The notes under the pieces are model-generated. The model was not told where the DNA came from. It was given only the letters and a program-made list of their open reading frames with translations, and ran no database searches. DNA of 64,000 nt from Squalus acanthias. Its lineage: Eukaryota. The position numbers and the translations under genes are program-made. Shown piece after piece: positions 53,369-64,000 of this stretch; within the stretch, counting starts at the first letter, position 1; every line of letters begins with the position of its first letter. The DNA is taken from contig CM059431.1 in the NCBI GenBank assembly GCA_030390025.1, forward strand, positions 114,082,001-114,146,000. Reading direction: 5' to 3'.

Positions 53369-53597
53369 TGACGTAAGAAAACTACTAGGCACTTGGTCTA
53401 AGCATTAAACAAAGCTTTAATCAACTGTTTTTCAACATGGAGATCTAGTTGTGTCCTTCACTAGTTCTTGTTAAAGAATGTCCTGAGCAAGCTGGGCCCA
53501 TGCCCGAGTATTTATACTCTCCCTGGACAGCGCCACCAGCAGGCCGCCCAGTATTATTTCATAAGTCATTTCCACATGAATGACAAGATTCATGTCA
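53369..53597 (-). mobile_element. Solo LTR (229 bp), copy B
   Basis: Reverse complement of 10878-11095 with 11 extra bp; TG...CA termini; its own 5-bp TSD CCTGG (53364-53368, 53598-53602). Confidence 0.9.
53528..53546 (-). promoter_or_regulatory. CTCF-like motif within solo LTR B
   Basis: cagcgccaccagcaggccg, the exact reverse complement of 10918-10936. Confidence 0.55.
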
Positions 53598-54381
53598 CCT
53601 GGTATTTTAGCTGCTTACAGTTGCTGCTACGTAACTGCTTAACTCAGCTTCTGAATTTGCCCCTTGCGAAAGCAATGAAAGGCTGTTTTGCCTTTTTAAA
53701 AAAAAAAAACTTTTTTTGTGTTTTATTCCCTTGTCAAATATTTTGTAGCAACTGGTGTAGAACCCATTTTTATGTCTCTCTTGAATCATAGCAATAACTA
53801 AGCCTATTCTCAATAATGTTAATAGCAGTATAGCCTTAGCTGGGGAAAATAAATTTGCCTGCTCTCTACATACTCGGAACCACCAAAGTAGCCCTTCCTG
53901 AAGCAAAGGTAGACTGAGAAGAAGTCATTATTTAGAAAAATAGCTCCTTGACAGCTTTTTTTTTAGATGTATAAATATTTCCTTGTCCTTTGTTTTCAAA
54001 CAGTGGAAAAATTTAAGATGCATATTATTCCCAGGATCAAAATAAATCCACCATAGTTTCTGAATTGTCAGCCGACTATCCTCTTTCGCTTGCGACAACT
54101 CGCCTCAGTGTTTGTGCTCCATTCTGCAAGATTGTTTCCTCTTCGATGCTGCTTCAGAATTCTGAGGTACAGATATAAAAGTTTAACGCAGTTGATACTT
54201 ACTTCACTAGTGCAAGGCAAATAGTGAATAGAAGAAGTAATGCAGTGCCTGAATTTGCTTTCACGGCCACTCAACCCACACGCCAGAAATTAAAATCTGC
54301 TCGATGTTTTCTGCCGTGAGGAAAGTTATTTTGTCGCTCATCAGTTACATAGGAAAGGTTCAGTCATGAAGTAAACATCGT

Positions 54382-54963
54382 GGGGTTGGCCTTTACTCCC
54401 GGGCAGGATCGCGGCCGAGGGATTGTCTGGCCCATCCAGAAGCGATAGCTGGAAGGTTCGAACAATTTTAATGGCCGGGCCTCATTAGCATTCCTCTTGC
54501 CGACTTCCCGACCATAATTGCGTTTGGGGGGCTGGGGATGGGGGGGGGGGGGTTAATCCCGAGTCAGTAGAGGCTCAAGGTTTCCTTGTGAAGCCTGGAG
54601 GAACATTCCAGCGCCTCCTGGCCCCGCAAGGAAACTTCAAATAATTTTTTTTAAACTTACCTTACTGGGCCTCTCCTGGGCCTTAATGCATCTCCTGGCA
54701 GCTTTGGCCTGGCAGAGAAGCCATCACTGCTCCCCAGCTCTGTTCACAGGTGCAAATAGCAGTCAAGCCCCGATGACATTATCATAGTCCAATCTGCATA
54801 TTTAAAGAAGGGTCCCGGCTGCTTCCGGTGAGTGTCCTTGCCACCAGCAATTTAAAATTGCAGTCGGCCAGATCAGGGCGGGGACAAAGTGGCTGAGTCC
54901 ACCGCTCTATTTTAACAGCCCCCGCCCAGTTTTTAACGGTCAGGGGGAGTTAAAATTGACCCC
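54382..54963. mobile_element. Harbinger-type MITE
   Basis: GC-rich, with ends ggggttggccttt / aaaattgacccc. Confidence 0.55.
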
Positions 54964-56854
54964 ACTATGTAACAATTTGCTAATCTTTAGATTATATAAC
55001 AAGGTTGATCGATATTAAGTAGAAATTTAAATCTATAAATTCAAAAAAGGGTGTAAGGATAAACTCAGCGACTACAGGCCAGTCAGGTAGTGGGGAAGCT
55101 TTTAGAAACGATAATCCGGGATAAAATTAACAGTCACTTGGATAAGTGTGGATTAATTAAGGAAAGCCAGCACAGATTTGTTAAAGGCAAATCGTGTTCA
55201 ACTAACTTGATTGAGTTTTTTGATGAGGTAATAGAGAGGGTTGATGAGGGCAATGTGGTTGATGTGGTGTACATGGACTTCCAAAAGACATTTGATAAAT
55301 TGCCACATAACAGGCTTCCCAGCAAAGTTGAAGCCCATGGAATAAAAGGGACAGTGGCAGCATGGATACGAAATTGGCTAAGTGACAGGAGACAGAGATT
55401 AGTGGTGAACGGTTGTTTTTCAGACTGGAGGAAGGTATACAGTAGTGTTCCCCAGGGGTCGGTATTAGGACCACTGCTTTTCTTGATATATATTAATGAC
55501 TTTGACGTGGGTGTACAGGGCACAATTTCAAAATTTGCAGATGACACAAAACTTGGAAGTATAGTGAACAGTGAGGAGGATAGTGATAGACTTCAGGAGG
55601 ACATAGACAGGCTGGTGGAATGGGTGAACATGTGGCAGATGAAATTTAATGCAGAAAAGTGTGAAGTGATACATTTTGGTAGGAAGAATGAGAGGCAATA
55701 TAAACTAAAAGGTACAATTCAAAAGGGGGTGCATGAACAGAGACCTGGGAGTATATGTGCACAAATCGTTGAAGGTGGCAGGGCAGGTTGAGAAAGCGGT
55801 TAAGAAAGCATACAGGATCCTGGACTTTATAAATAGAGGCATAGGGCAGAATTTTCATTGACCCGTGGAGGCGGGTTTGGAGGCGTGTGGGGGGTTAAAA
55901 TTGCGAAAACTGGCAGGGCGGGCACAGGCTCGCCTCCATCCCGCCTCCACGCAATTTTCATTAAATCGTGTCTGCTGGTCCCGACTCCGTCCCACCTCCA
56001 AGAGGCGGGATAGGCTGTTAAGGCCCTGAACAAGCACTAAATTGCCTCTATAATGCCATTTTGAAAGGCCTTTGTGATTTTAACCCATTTTCCACGTGAA
56101 GCACGCCTGTTCTGAAACACGAATGTAAAACCTGGCGGTAGCACATTTGGATTGCTGACTATCAGCTGCAGCTCAACCATGAAATAGGAGATGTGATCAG
56201 CCATCATTTGCAGTTGGCAGGACTTTGTTGTCTGAGGTCTGGGGGAACTTTTATATGGCATAACCACAGCTGTGGAAGTTTGGAGCCTGACACCCATCTC
56301 CAGTGTGACCTCCTGGGAAACCCCTCTCGCCACCTTGACTGAGCACTTCCTCAACTGAGGCATATACCAGAAGCATGGGAACCATTTATTTTCTTTCCTC
56401 CTGGACATCAGATTCGGACGAAGACCAGCTGTGGCAGCAGCAGAACCATGAACAACTGCACCACCAGCAGCAGCAGCATCAATAGGAGTGCCAAGCTGCT
56501 CCTCACCCACCTTAAGCTGCACAGGCCAGAAGGCGCCAGCGCATGACCATATTGCTGCCCGAGATGCAAGGGATGCACTTGACCAGATTTGCTTAGCCTG
56601 CACAATCAAACACTTTTGCCTCGCACCTTCTTATCAGACCATCGACAATGGCCAGGAACCTGTGGATTCCTATCACTCTGACCACCATACTGACAATTGC
56701 AAGTCATCCTAAGCCCTCAATATGGAAGTCCCATTTGCAAAATGACAGACGCCACAACTTCAGCAGTTTGCCAGCAGAATATTTAATCACACCAAGCAAG
56801 TGCTGGCATTTCAAGATTAAACACAACATTACACCCAAGTGACTATCCTTGTGA

Positions 56855-58799
56855 CTACTTGTGCATTATTTTTCTTTTATGCGTGCTCCTACGTGGTGCT
56901 TCCCCTGTGGCTTCAGCAGATGTGGAGGCCCCTTGCTCACTTTCTTGCTGCTCCTGCCTCGACACCTTTGGCAGGCGTCCTCTGGGGTTGCGAACCTGTG
57001 AGGGCTCAGCAACAGTCTGCTGTTCCTGCGGCTGTGCAGGGGTTGAGACGCTGATCTCAGTTGGGTGAGGACTCTGGTGGTGCTCTGACCGAGGGCTTTG
57101 CAGTGGCTTGGTCGTGTGAGCACTTGGAGAGGAGCCCCCGCTTCCTTGTTGTCTGCCACCAACCTCCCTCTCATGGGTCAGCCCCACCTCAGCGCTTGCA
57201 AGTGGATTGAGAGCACCTGGCTGCACATCAGGGGGGCCATGGGGACCCGTATCTGCACTGGAAGTCCTACTCATGAAGGTCTGGTTTCTGTGTTCAATAG
57301 ATGACCATCGCTCCTCAAGAGATGCCAGTCTATTCTGAACAATGACCATGTTTTCTACACTCTGGCGACTTATCTCTTCCATAGCCATAGCCATCCTCTC
57401 CTCTACTGTAGCCATCCTTTCCATGGAGGTTGCCATCCTTTCCGTGGTGATGCGTTCATGCGCCAATGACTCCACAAAGGCTCTGCTCATGTTCGCTATG
57501 GACTCCTCCATTCGCTCCACACTCGCAGCGACCCTGGAGACAAAACCTGCCAGAGACTCCTGCATCTGTTCCTGGAGCTCCAGCACCACTGATCTTATGG
57601 ATGGACCCAGAGGCAGAGGGTCGACATGCAGCTGAGCCGAGCTAGGAGAGTCCTGCGCCCTCCGACTAGGACTCTCCACTGCTGTCCTGTCTCCACCATC
57701 TGCTGATGCTCACTTGTGAGCTGTGATACACCAGGTGACAACACTACTCTATGTCCCGAGGGTCCCACCGAGGTGTGAGTCTGTGCTGGTGCTGGGTGCG
57801 CTGAATTCTGCTGATGCTGCGCCCTCAGAGGTTGCAGCTTCCTCTGAGGAGTCTGGATGCTCAGGCTCTTCCTCCTGGCTAGTGGGGACGGGTGCTTGCG
57901 ATGGTCCTGTGGGGGAGTAAAGGAAAGAGTCAGAGATGTGATGCCAAGGTTACATGCACATTGCATATTGCAGATGATCATAAATCCATCTGTTAGAGCT
58001 TCAGATTCATTATCAGCAACTCATACAATGTCAATGAGAGAGATGGAACACTATTCTGTCACCAGCTTGCTGTGATGCACCCGTCTGTCCGTCCCCCACT
58101 TGCGTATCGTCCTCCACTCCCACGATCTCCAGGATTGCATCCTCCCAGGGGGTGAGCTGGGCTAATGAAGGTGGCCCTCCTCCTGTCCTGGCGCTTTCCC
58201 TTTTATTGTGAGCTCTCTTTTCCTGCAATGAAGGAGACAAGTGGAGTTTGAGTGAGATTGAAGGGGTGAGTGTAGAGAATCCATAGCATAGATGCTTAGA
58301 AGGAGACAAAGATGGAGTGAGGTGGCAAGACCAAGGGCCCTCCCTGTGTGTTGTAAGTTGTTTTCATAGCATAACAGTGATAGGGAGTGTGAGGGCTGCA
58401 TAGTCGAATAGTAAGGTGAATGTGACCAGAGAGGGAATGGGTAAGGGTGCATGGATGTCAGTGTCAAGTGGGATATGGAGGAAGAGGTTGCTAAAGCTGA
58501 GTGCTGGTGAGGAGAGGCAATGGGGATCAGATTGAGGGTGAAGGGAAAGTCATACTCACTTTTGCAGTGCGTAGAAGGTCATGAAACCTCTTCCTGCACT
58601 GAAGCCAGGTTCTGCGGGTTATGGACAAAGAGTTGACCTCCTGGGCGACCTGGACCCACACAGCCTTGGTCTGCTGCAGAGGCTTCTTCCTCCCTGAGGA
58701 AGGGAAGAGCACCTCTTTGTTGGCTCTTGCTCCCTCCACTAAAGCTTGCAGGGCAACGTCATCGAACCTGGGAGCAGACCTGGGTCTTTGGCTGGCCAT
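56855..58799 (-). pseudogene. Three-exon Harbinger Myb/SANT-like DNA-binding protein gene (exons 58799-58560, 58222-58063, 57906-56855), disrupted in exon 3
   Basis: Exon 1: MASQRPRSAPRFDDVALQALVEG...WLQCRKRFHDLLRTAK|gtgagt. Exon 2: cag|EKRAHNKRESARTGGGP...AG|gt. Exon 3: cag| followed by a coiled-coil and a basic tail. Intron phases 0 and 1 are consistent. Two in-frame stops lie at ~57690-57755. Confidence 0.85.
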
Positions 58800-58947
58800 T
58801 CCTCCTGCAGTTGCCTCTAAGATACAAGTCCAAAAGGTTGGCAGTCTGCAGAAGAAGCAAGGCTTGTTGCAGACCTTAAATGCAGCAGCAATGATGACGT
58901 CATCAGAGGCGACTTTCAGACTGGAATAACTCATTGGCCATGGGTTC

Positions 58948-60671
58948 TGTAAGGGTTTTCGTGTGTGACACGCTTGAGGCTCTGTGCTTAGCCTGGGTGC
59001 TAGTGCGAGGTTAGGCCTTGTTGCCTGTTCTGGTCTCCAGCCAGCCTGGTAGCACTAGACACCTGTGAGTGGTTCGACCCACTCGCCCTTACGGTTCTGA
59101 CACTGGACTTAGATGCGAGAGCAATAATGCAGAGAAAACTCAGGTAGACCCGGTTGAATAGTGCGAAATGGAAAATCTTTATTGCATATTATTCAAGATT
59201 ACGAAATACATGTCATAAGCACAGATTAATGACAGTACAATCTTACACGCAGTTATGTAACTAATTTTAGGGAAACGAGGAGCGCACGACACATCGTAAA
59301 AGGGGACACACATTACAATTATCCTTAAAACTTAAACCCTCCCCTATCAATACCTGCCCTAAACTAGATTTGTAGGATCGAGACTCATGCTCACCACTCG
59401 TGATAACTCGGAGAATTCCGAAACTCTGCTCGGATGTTTTTACCGCAGCACCTGACCACCCACGTGTTGATCAGGGGTCTCTGTACCCCACTTGTTTACT
59501 CATTTCTGCTCCGGCTAGCAGGCTGGACCGTCTGCTGTCATGAAGATCTGTGTTGTCCTCGGAGTTCCGACACGACTCGAAAAAGAGTCTTCCTGTGCCC
59601 TCAGACCGATGCGATAAAATTCGAAGAATGGTCTTCCGATGCCAGCTTGTAAAATTCAAAGAATAGTCTTCCTGGGCAAGGAAAGTGTTTATTCGACCTA
59701 CAGGCGCGGTCGGGGCTTACTGACCGTGGCGATACGTATGGTCGTCTTCTTCTCTTCTCTTCTCATCTCATCTCATCTCATCTCATCTCATCTCATCTCA
59801 TCTCGGGCCTTCGGTTTCAACACCGTTTACCGACTTCTCGGGATGGTGTGCCCGTTTCAAGGCTTCACAGCCCAGTTCCACACAGATCTTCGCGGCAAGC
59901 CACGAGGTGGATCCTGGCGGATCAGAAAGTTCAATAGTCTTCCAGCAAGTCAAGCAGCAAGAGTCAGGATCCAAGAGTCAAGAGGCAGATGCAAGAGCCA
60001 AGAGTCAAGAGGCAAGCGTAGCAGGCGAAGAGGCAAAAGAGAGATGGACGGTTGTACCTTTACAGTTATAGTGCTGTGATTCCTCTTTTCCCACCCAATC
60101 TTAATGTCTTTTCTTTTGTTAGGGTTTTGGCGCTCAAATTTCTTGTATAGGGTGATCTCCGTTTAATGGGTTTCGGTGATACTTGTAACTGTCTGAGTAC
60201 CCGTTAATACTTCTCCCATTGTGTAACCGGTCAATATTCTCCCTGGAGGGCTTTTGGGGCTTCCAAATGTTTCTGTAACTACCCGCAAACGGCTCTCTCA
60301 TCGTAGAGTCGTGGGGATTTTGCATATTAATGTCTTTGGATGGGTTCTTGATCGCTTGGTACAATAGCCCTTATTCGCACCTGGGAGACCGATTCCAGTA
60401 TTTATGTGTAAAATGCAAACCCATTATGTCTTGTGCATCATCTCAAATGTGCTGAGTCTTGTCCGATCTCGCACAAATCTTTATTGGAACGCCATCTTGT
60501 CTGCTTATCGAAGAGTCTAGAATGTTCTGCCACGAGGCGTGGCGGCCATTTTACAGGCTGCTTGTGTCCACTTTGAAAACCTGACAGCATTCTGCTGAAA
60601 TAAAGCTGTTTGTACGAAACTATGTGTCTCCTCCTTATTTATAAAATCGCGATAATATTGCGAATTCTACA
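58948..60671 (-). mobile_element. Long solo LTR (1724 bp)
   Basis: TGTA...TACA termini; 4-bp TSD GTTC (58944-58947, 60672-60675). On the minus strand, TATAA at 60070-60066 and AATAAA at 59183-59178. Orientation is inferred. Confidence 0.8.
59757..59803 (+). repeat. (TCTCA)n microsatellite inside the long LTR
   Basis: Direct reading. Confidence 0.95.
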
Positions 60672-63600
60672 GTTCCCACACGTTGGAACTCAATTGGCCA
60701 ATTAAGTTAAAATCACATCATTCTCCCACATCGATTTAGATTCGGGTGGGCAACACGAAAAGCGAATAACACGACCCCAACCCGCCCCAGTATCAAAATC
60801 CAGCCCATAGAGTACAAAAGCAAGGAAGTTATGATGAACCTTTATAAAACATTGGTTTGGCCTCAACAGGAATATTGTGTCCAATTCTGGGCACCATACT
60901 TTAGGAAGGGTGTGAAGGCCTTCGAGAGGGTGCAGAAAATATTTACAAGAATGATTCCAGGGATGAGGGACTTCAGTTACGTGGGTAGACTTGAGAAGCT
61001 GGGGTTGTTTCCTTAAAGCAGAGAAGGTTGAGAGGAGATTTGATAGAGCTGTACAAAATCATGAGGGGTCTAGACAGAGTAGATAGAGAGAAACTGATCC
61101 CATTGGCAGAAGGGTCGAGAACCAGAGGACACAGATTTGAGGTGATTGGCAGAAAAACCAAAGGTGACATGAGGAAAAACTTTTTTACGCAGCGAGTGGT
61201 TCTTATCTGGAATGCACTGCCTGAAAGGGTGGTGGAGGCAGATTCAATCGTGGCTTTCAAAAGGGAATTGTTAAGTACCTGAAGGAAAAAAAATTGCAGG
61301 GCTACGGGGAAAGGGTGGGGGAGTGGGACTAGCTGAAGTGCTCTTACAGAGAGCCGGCACGGGCTCGACGGGCCGAATGGCCTCCTTCTGTGCTGTAACC
61401 ATTCTATGATTCTGTGATTTTATTAATTGTCAAATGGTTTTCATGGCCCAGCATGGAGAACATTTTGTTGTGGATCTATGGAGTAGAATTCCTGAGATAA
61501 CACGCATCACATACTTAAGATTGTTGGTGCCCAATTCCATGTGCCTGGTTGTTAAAGAGGAAATATGTACAGCAGTAGCTGCCGGGGATAATATAGAACT
61601 TGTGAGTAAGATTTGGTGAAGAAAATTAAAGATTTCTGCATTTTCCATTTAAAGTATATTTATGAAAATAATGTTTGTCTTCATTAATGTAAAGGTATCA
61701 TTCTAATTCCACATTTATTTGTAATCAGTAGGCGAGCCATTGTTTTTGAGCTAATCTCATTTAGCTGTTAAATGTTGCTATCTATTATATGATTTAATGG
61801 TGTGTTAACTGTTAGCTGTATTCCTCCTCCATTAGTGGTGAAGCATGTAGAAGACTGTTGTTTGATTTTCTACACTTCTTTTTCTATGCCTATGATCTCC
61901 TCAACTCATCATGCCACCATATCCATGATTCTGCTCTTCAGTCATCAAATTCCTTCAAACGCACACCTTTAGTGCACACACCTCTAATCCTCACACAGCA
62001 AGTGCAATAGCTGAATCACTATATTTTGATCTTGATCTCCTCCAATAGACCAAATAAAATCTTCTTTCTTTTAATTCTTCAATGACACAGTTTCTGCCAA
62101 TTCTAAATAACAGCTACCAACTTTTACCACTGATTCCTCCAGCCTTACTATTTCCTCATCCACTGATATTTTGGCCTAGCTATCACTTCTGCTCTCAAAC
62201 AGAACTTTTGTGTCTTCTCCATTGCTAATGCTGCCTCCAAGAAGCTTGTTTTGTCTTTTGTGCCAAAAGTTCTTTCAGCTCAACAACTCTTCACTCTCTC
62301 TAGATAGCCAAAGTCTGTCCAAGACTTGAACACTGCTCCCTTATCTCGGGAGGTGGTTCTAACACCTGTCTTGCACACCTGGGCAGGCTACAAGAAAACT
62401 CTTTCAACTGTAGCCTCCAATCTTCCTTTCCATCACAATCGTTGTTTCTTTCTCTACTTTATAAATTCAACAAAGGTCAGTGCTCTTCAGACGTTTCCTC
62501 TCTTGTTCCTACTAATTGCAAATTTATATGCTCTTCCTCCTTCCTGGGTTGAAATTAAGTCTCCTTACTCACTCTTTCCAAGCCCTCCAAACTGTGGAAT
62601 TCTAAGCCTTGACCTTGCCTAATCACTACTACCTGATGTACCTCACTTTCTCTCCTATTCTTTTTTTTTTACCTTGTTGGTGTCTTGTGCTATTGGTTTG
62701 GCCCTTCCCCCAGGTTTCTCAGTTTAAAAAAAACTAGGGAACATAAGCACAATGAAGATGAATGCATCTGCTGTTAGCAGATGCTCTCCACCCTCCTACA
62801 ATAATTCAGGAATCTCAACAAACACATTTCCAAATTCCTTTGGGCAGCTAAAAGACCCCAATATGGTGAAAATCATTGCAACTCCCAAAGCAAGAAAACA
62901 GGTTTTAAGCAAACTATAAGAGATGCTTTAGCACTAATACTTCTGTTGGTGAAACTCACTTATATTGCTGTGTGCCTGGCCTGTTCTTTTCCAAGGTGTC
63001 ACAAGGTGAAATTTTAGTTCTTCCTGCCAACAGAACTAGTCCAACAATGATTTTAGCTGTGACTAATTCAGTCCGGGATGAATGGCAATTTTCTTTTAAA
63101 CTGTTGCAGCTTCCATTCTGACTGATTTGGTGTCAAGAAAAACAACACTTTGAGCACCTCTGAAAGCATCTTATTGTGTGGCAACATGCTCTAGGGCAAC
63201 ATTATGTGAAAAATGAGTTAATACTTCTCTGATGGTGTGATATTCCTTCAAAAAGATTTGTTTAACGATTTCCTTTTCACCTCACACAACAGAAACAGTG
63301 GCCATATCCACCAAAATAATGTTCAGAATGTCAAGATTCTTGTGCTCTTTGAGGCAGTTCGACTGTACAGAACTGTCTTACTGGATTCAAAGCTGCTTAT
63401 GATTATTTTTATTGTTATAAACAGTATTATGAGTGGTTCTTTGTGGAATAGCAAGAGGAAAGCAACAGCATAATGAGACAGAAAGCAAGACAAACAGAAT
63501 ACACGTAGAGCATTTGCATTAATCATCTGTATGATTTACTATTATTTGGTGTGATTTCTTCCTTTTTGTCATACAGTGGCATGGATGTGAAAGTGATAAT

Positions 63601-64000
63601 GGAGTCTCTCAGTTCCCATGAGGAACTGTGATCGCACAATGACAGCTGCCATCTCTAAACTGACACTAGCAGCAGAATGAATCAGTTGTGGCTCTAGAGG
63701 CTGCTGCGATAGCATCATTAGTGGGCAAGCAGGTGGGAAATACTGTCTGGATCCCAGTTACAATAGAGCATCCAGCACAGACCTGAAACTTGGGTCATAG
63801 TTATCTCACTGGCATTTAAATTTTGGTTGATTTAATGTCAGTGGGAATTTTAAGTGAAGGATGAAAATTCCCACTGCTGACAGAATTTACATATGTAAGG
63901 TGCCTAATGCTTGTTTTAAGTGGCAGCCAGGGACACCTGAAAAATGGCCCGACCCAATATCGGTTCCGACGTCTTTTAGGCGTCCTTTAGGAGCAGGTCA

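Larger units (their letters stand above)
55844..60806 (-). mobile_element. Harbinger element (4963 bp including a nested LTR) carrying a Myb/SANT gene, transposase largely deleted
   Basis: TIRs gggcagaatttt / aaaatccagccc; TSD ATA (55841-55843, 60807-60809). A short transposase C-terminal-like relic HIAARDARDAL lies on + near 56550. Confidence 0.9.
55045..61418 (+). mobile_element. CR1 LINE split by a Harbinger element (55045-55843 and 60807-61418)
   Basis: RT ORF 55090-55791 ([13 protein letters not shown]). The sequence rejoins as ataaatagaggc-ata-gagtacaaaagc; 3' tail present. Confidence 0.92.

Noticed and set aside
10878..53597. Inverted ~220-bp repeats as TIRs of a giant 42-kb transposon (Polinton/Teratorn-like)
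   Set aside because: Each copy has its own distinct 5-bp TSD and LTR hallmarks, and there are no viral or transposase genes between them.
50497..53597. Solo LTR B as the 3' LTR of the Gypsy pol remnant
   Set aside because: It is in the opposite orientation, has its own TSD on both sides, and is much better preserved than the pol.
240..63526. The many short ORFs in the supplied track
   Set aside because: Nearly all are alternative or antisense frames of repeats, or random ORFs with non-ATG starts.
63839..63876. 13-bp-arm palindrome, and poly-G runs at ~4737, ~45277 and ~54540
   Set aside because: Short or low-complexity; most likely MITE remnants and slippage products.
1..64000. Immunoglobulin/TCR segments or RSS (CACAGTG occurrences)
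   Set aside because: The heptamers I noticed lack a correctly spaced nonamer, and no V/J-like ORFs are present.

Overview
Vertebrate non-coding DNA, almost certainly from a cartilaginous fish (shark/ray). This is inferred from its repeats: SacSINE1-type Deu-domain tRNA SINEs, HER1-type CR1 LINEs and shark-type Penelope tails. I could not identify any host protein-coding exon, rRNA, tRNA or CRISPR array. The window is a dense, nested transposon landscape. It holds CR1, Crack/L2-like and RTE LINE fragments, about 9 Deu-SINEs, and many PIF/Harbinger non-autonomous elements and MITEs with short TIRs and 3-bp TSDs. It also holds a decayed Gypsy pol, three solo LTRs and Penelope-like fragments. Four observations stand out. 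(i) A young Penelope insertion forms a perfect 113-bp inverted repeat with a complete minimal hammerhead ribozyme on each strand. (ii) Two ~220-bp solo LTRs of one family lie 42 kb apart in opposite orientation and carry CTCF-like motifs in convergent orientation. (iii) A 5-kb transposase-less Harbinger element retains a three-exon Myb/SANT gene. (iv) A 1.72-kb solo LTR with a 4-bp TSD sits just upstream of that gene. I do not see convincing evidence of a wholly new biological system. Family names come from recalled consensus features, not from database searches.
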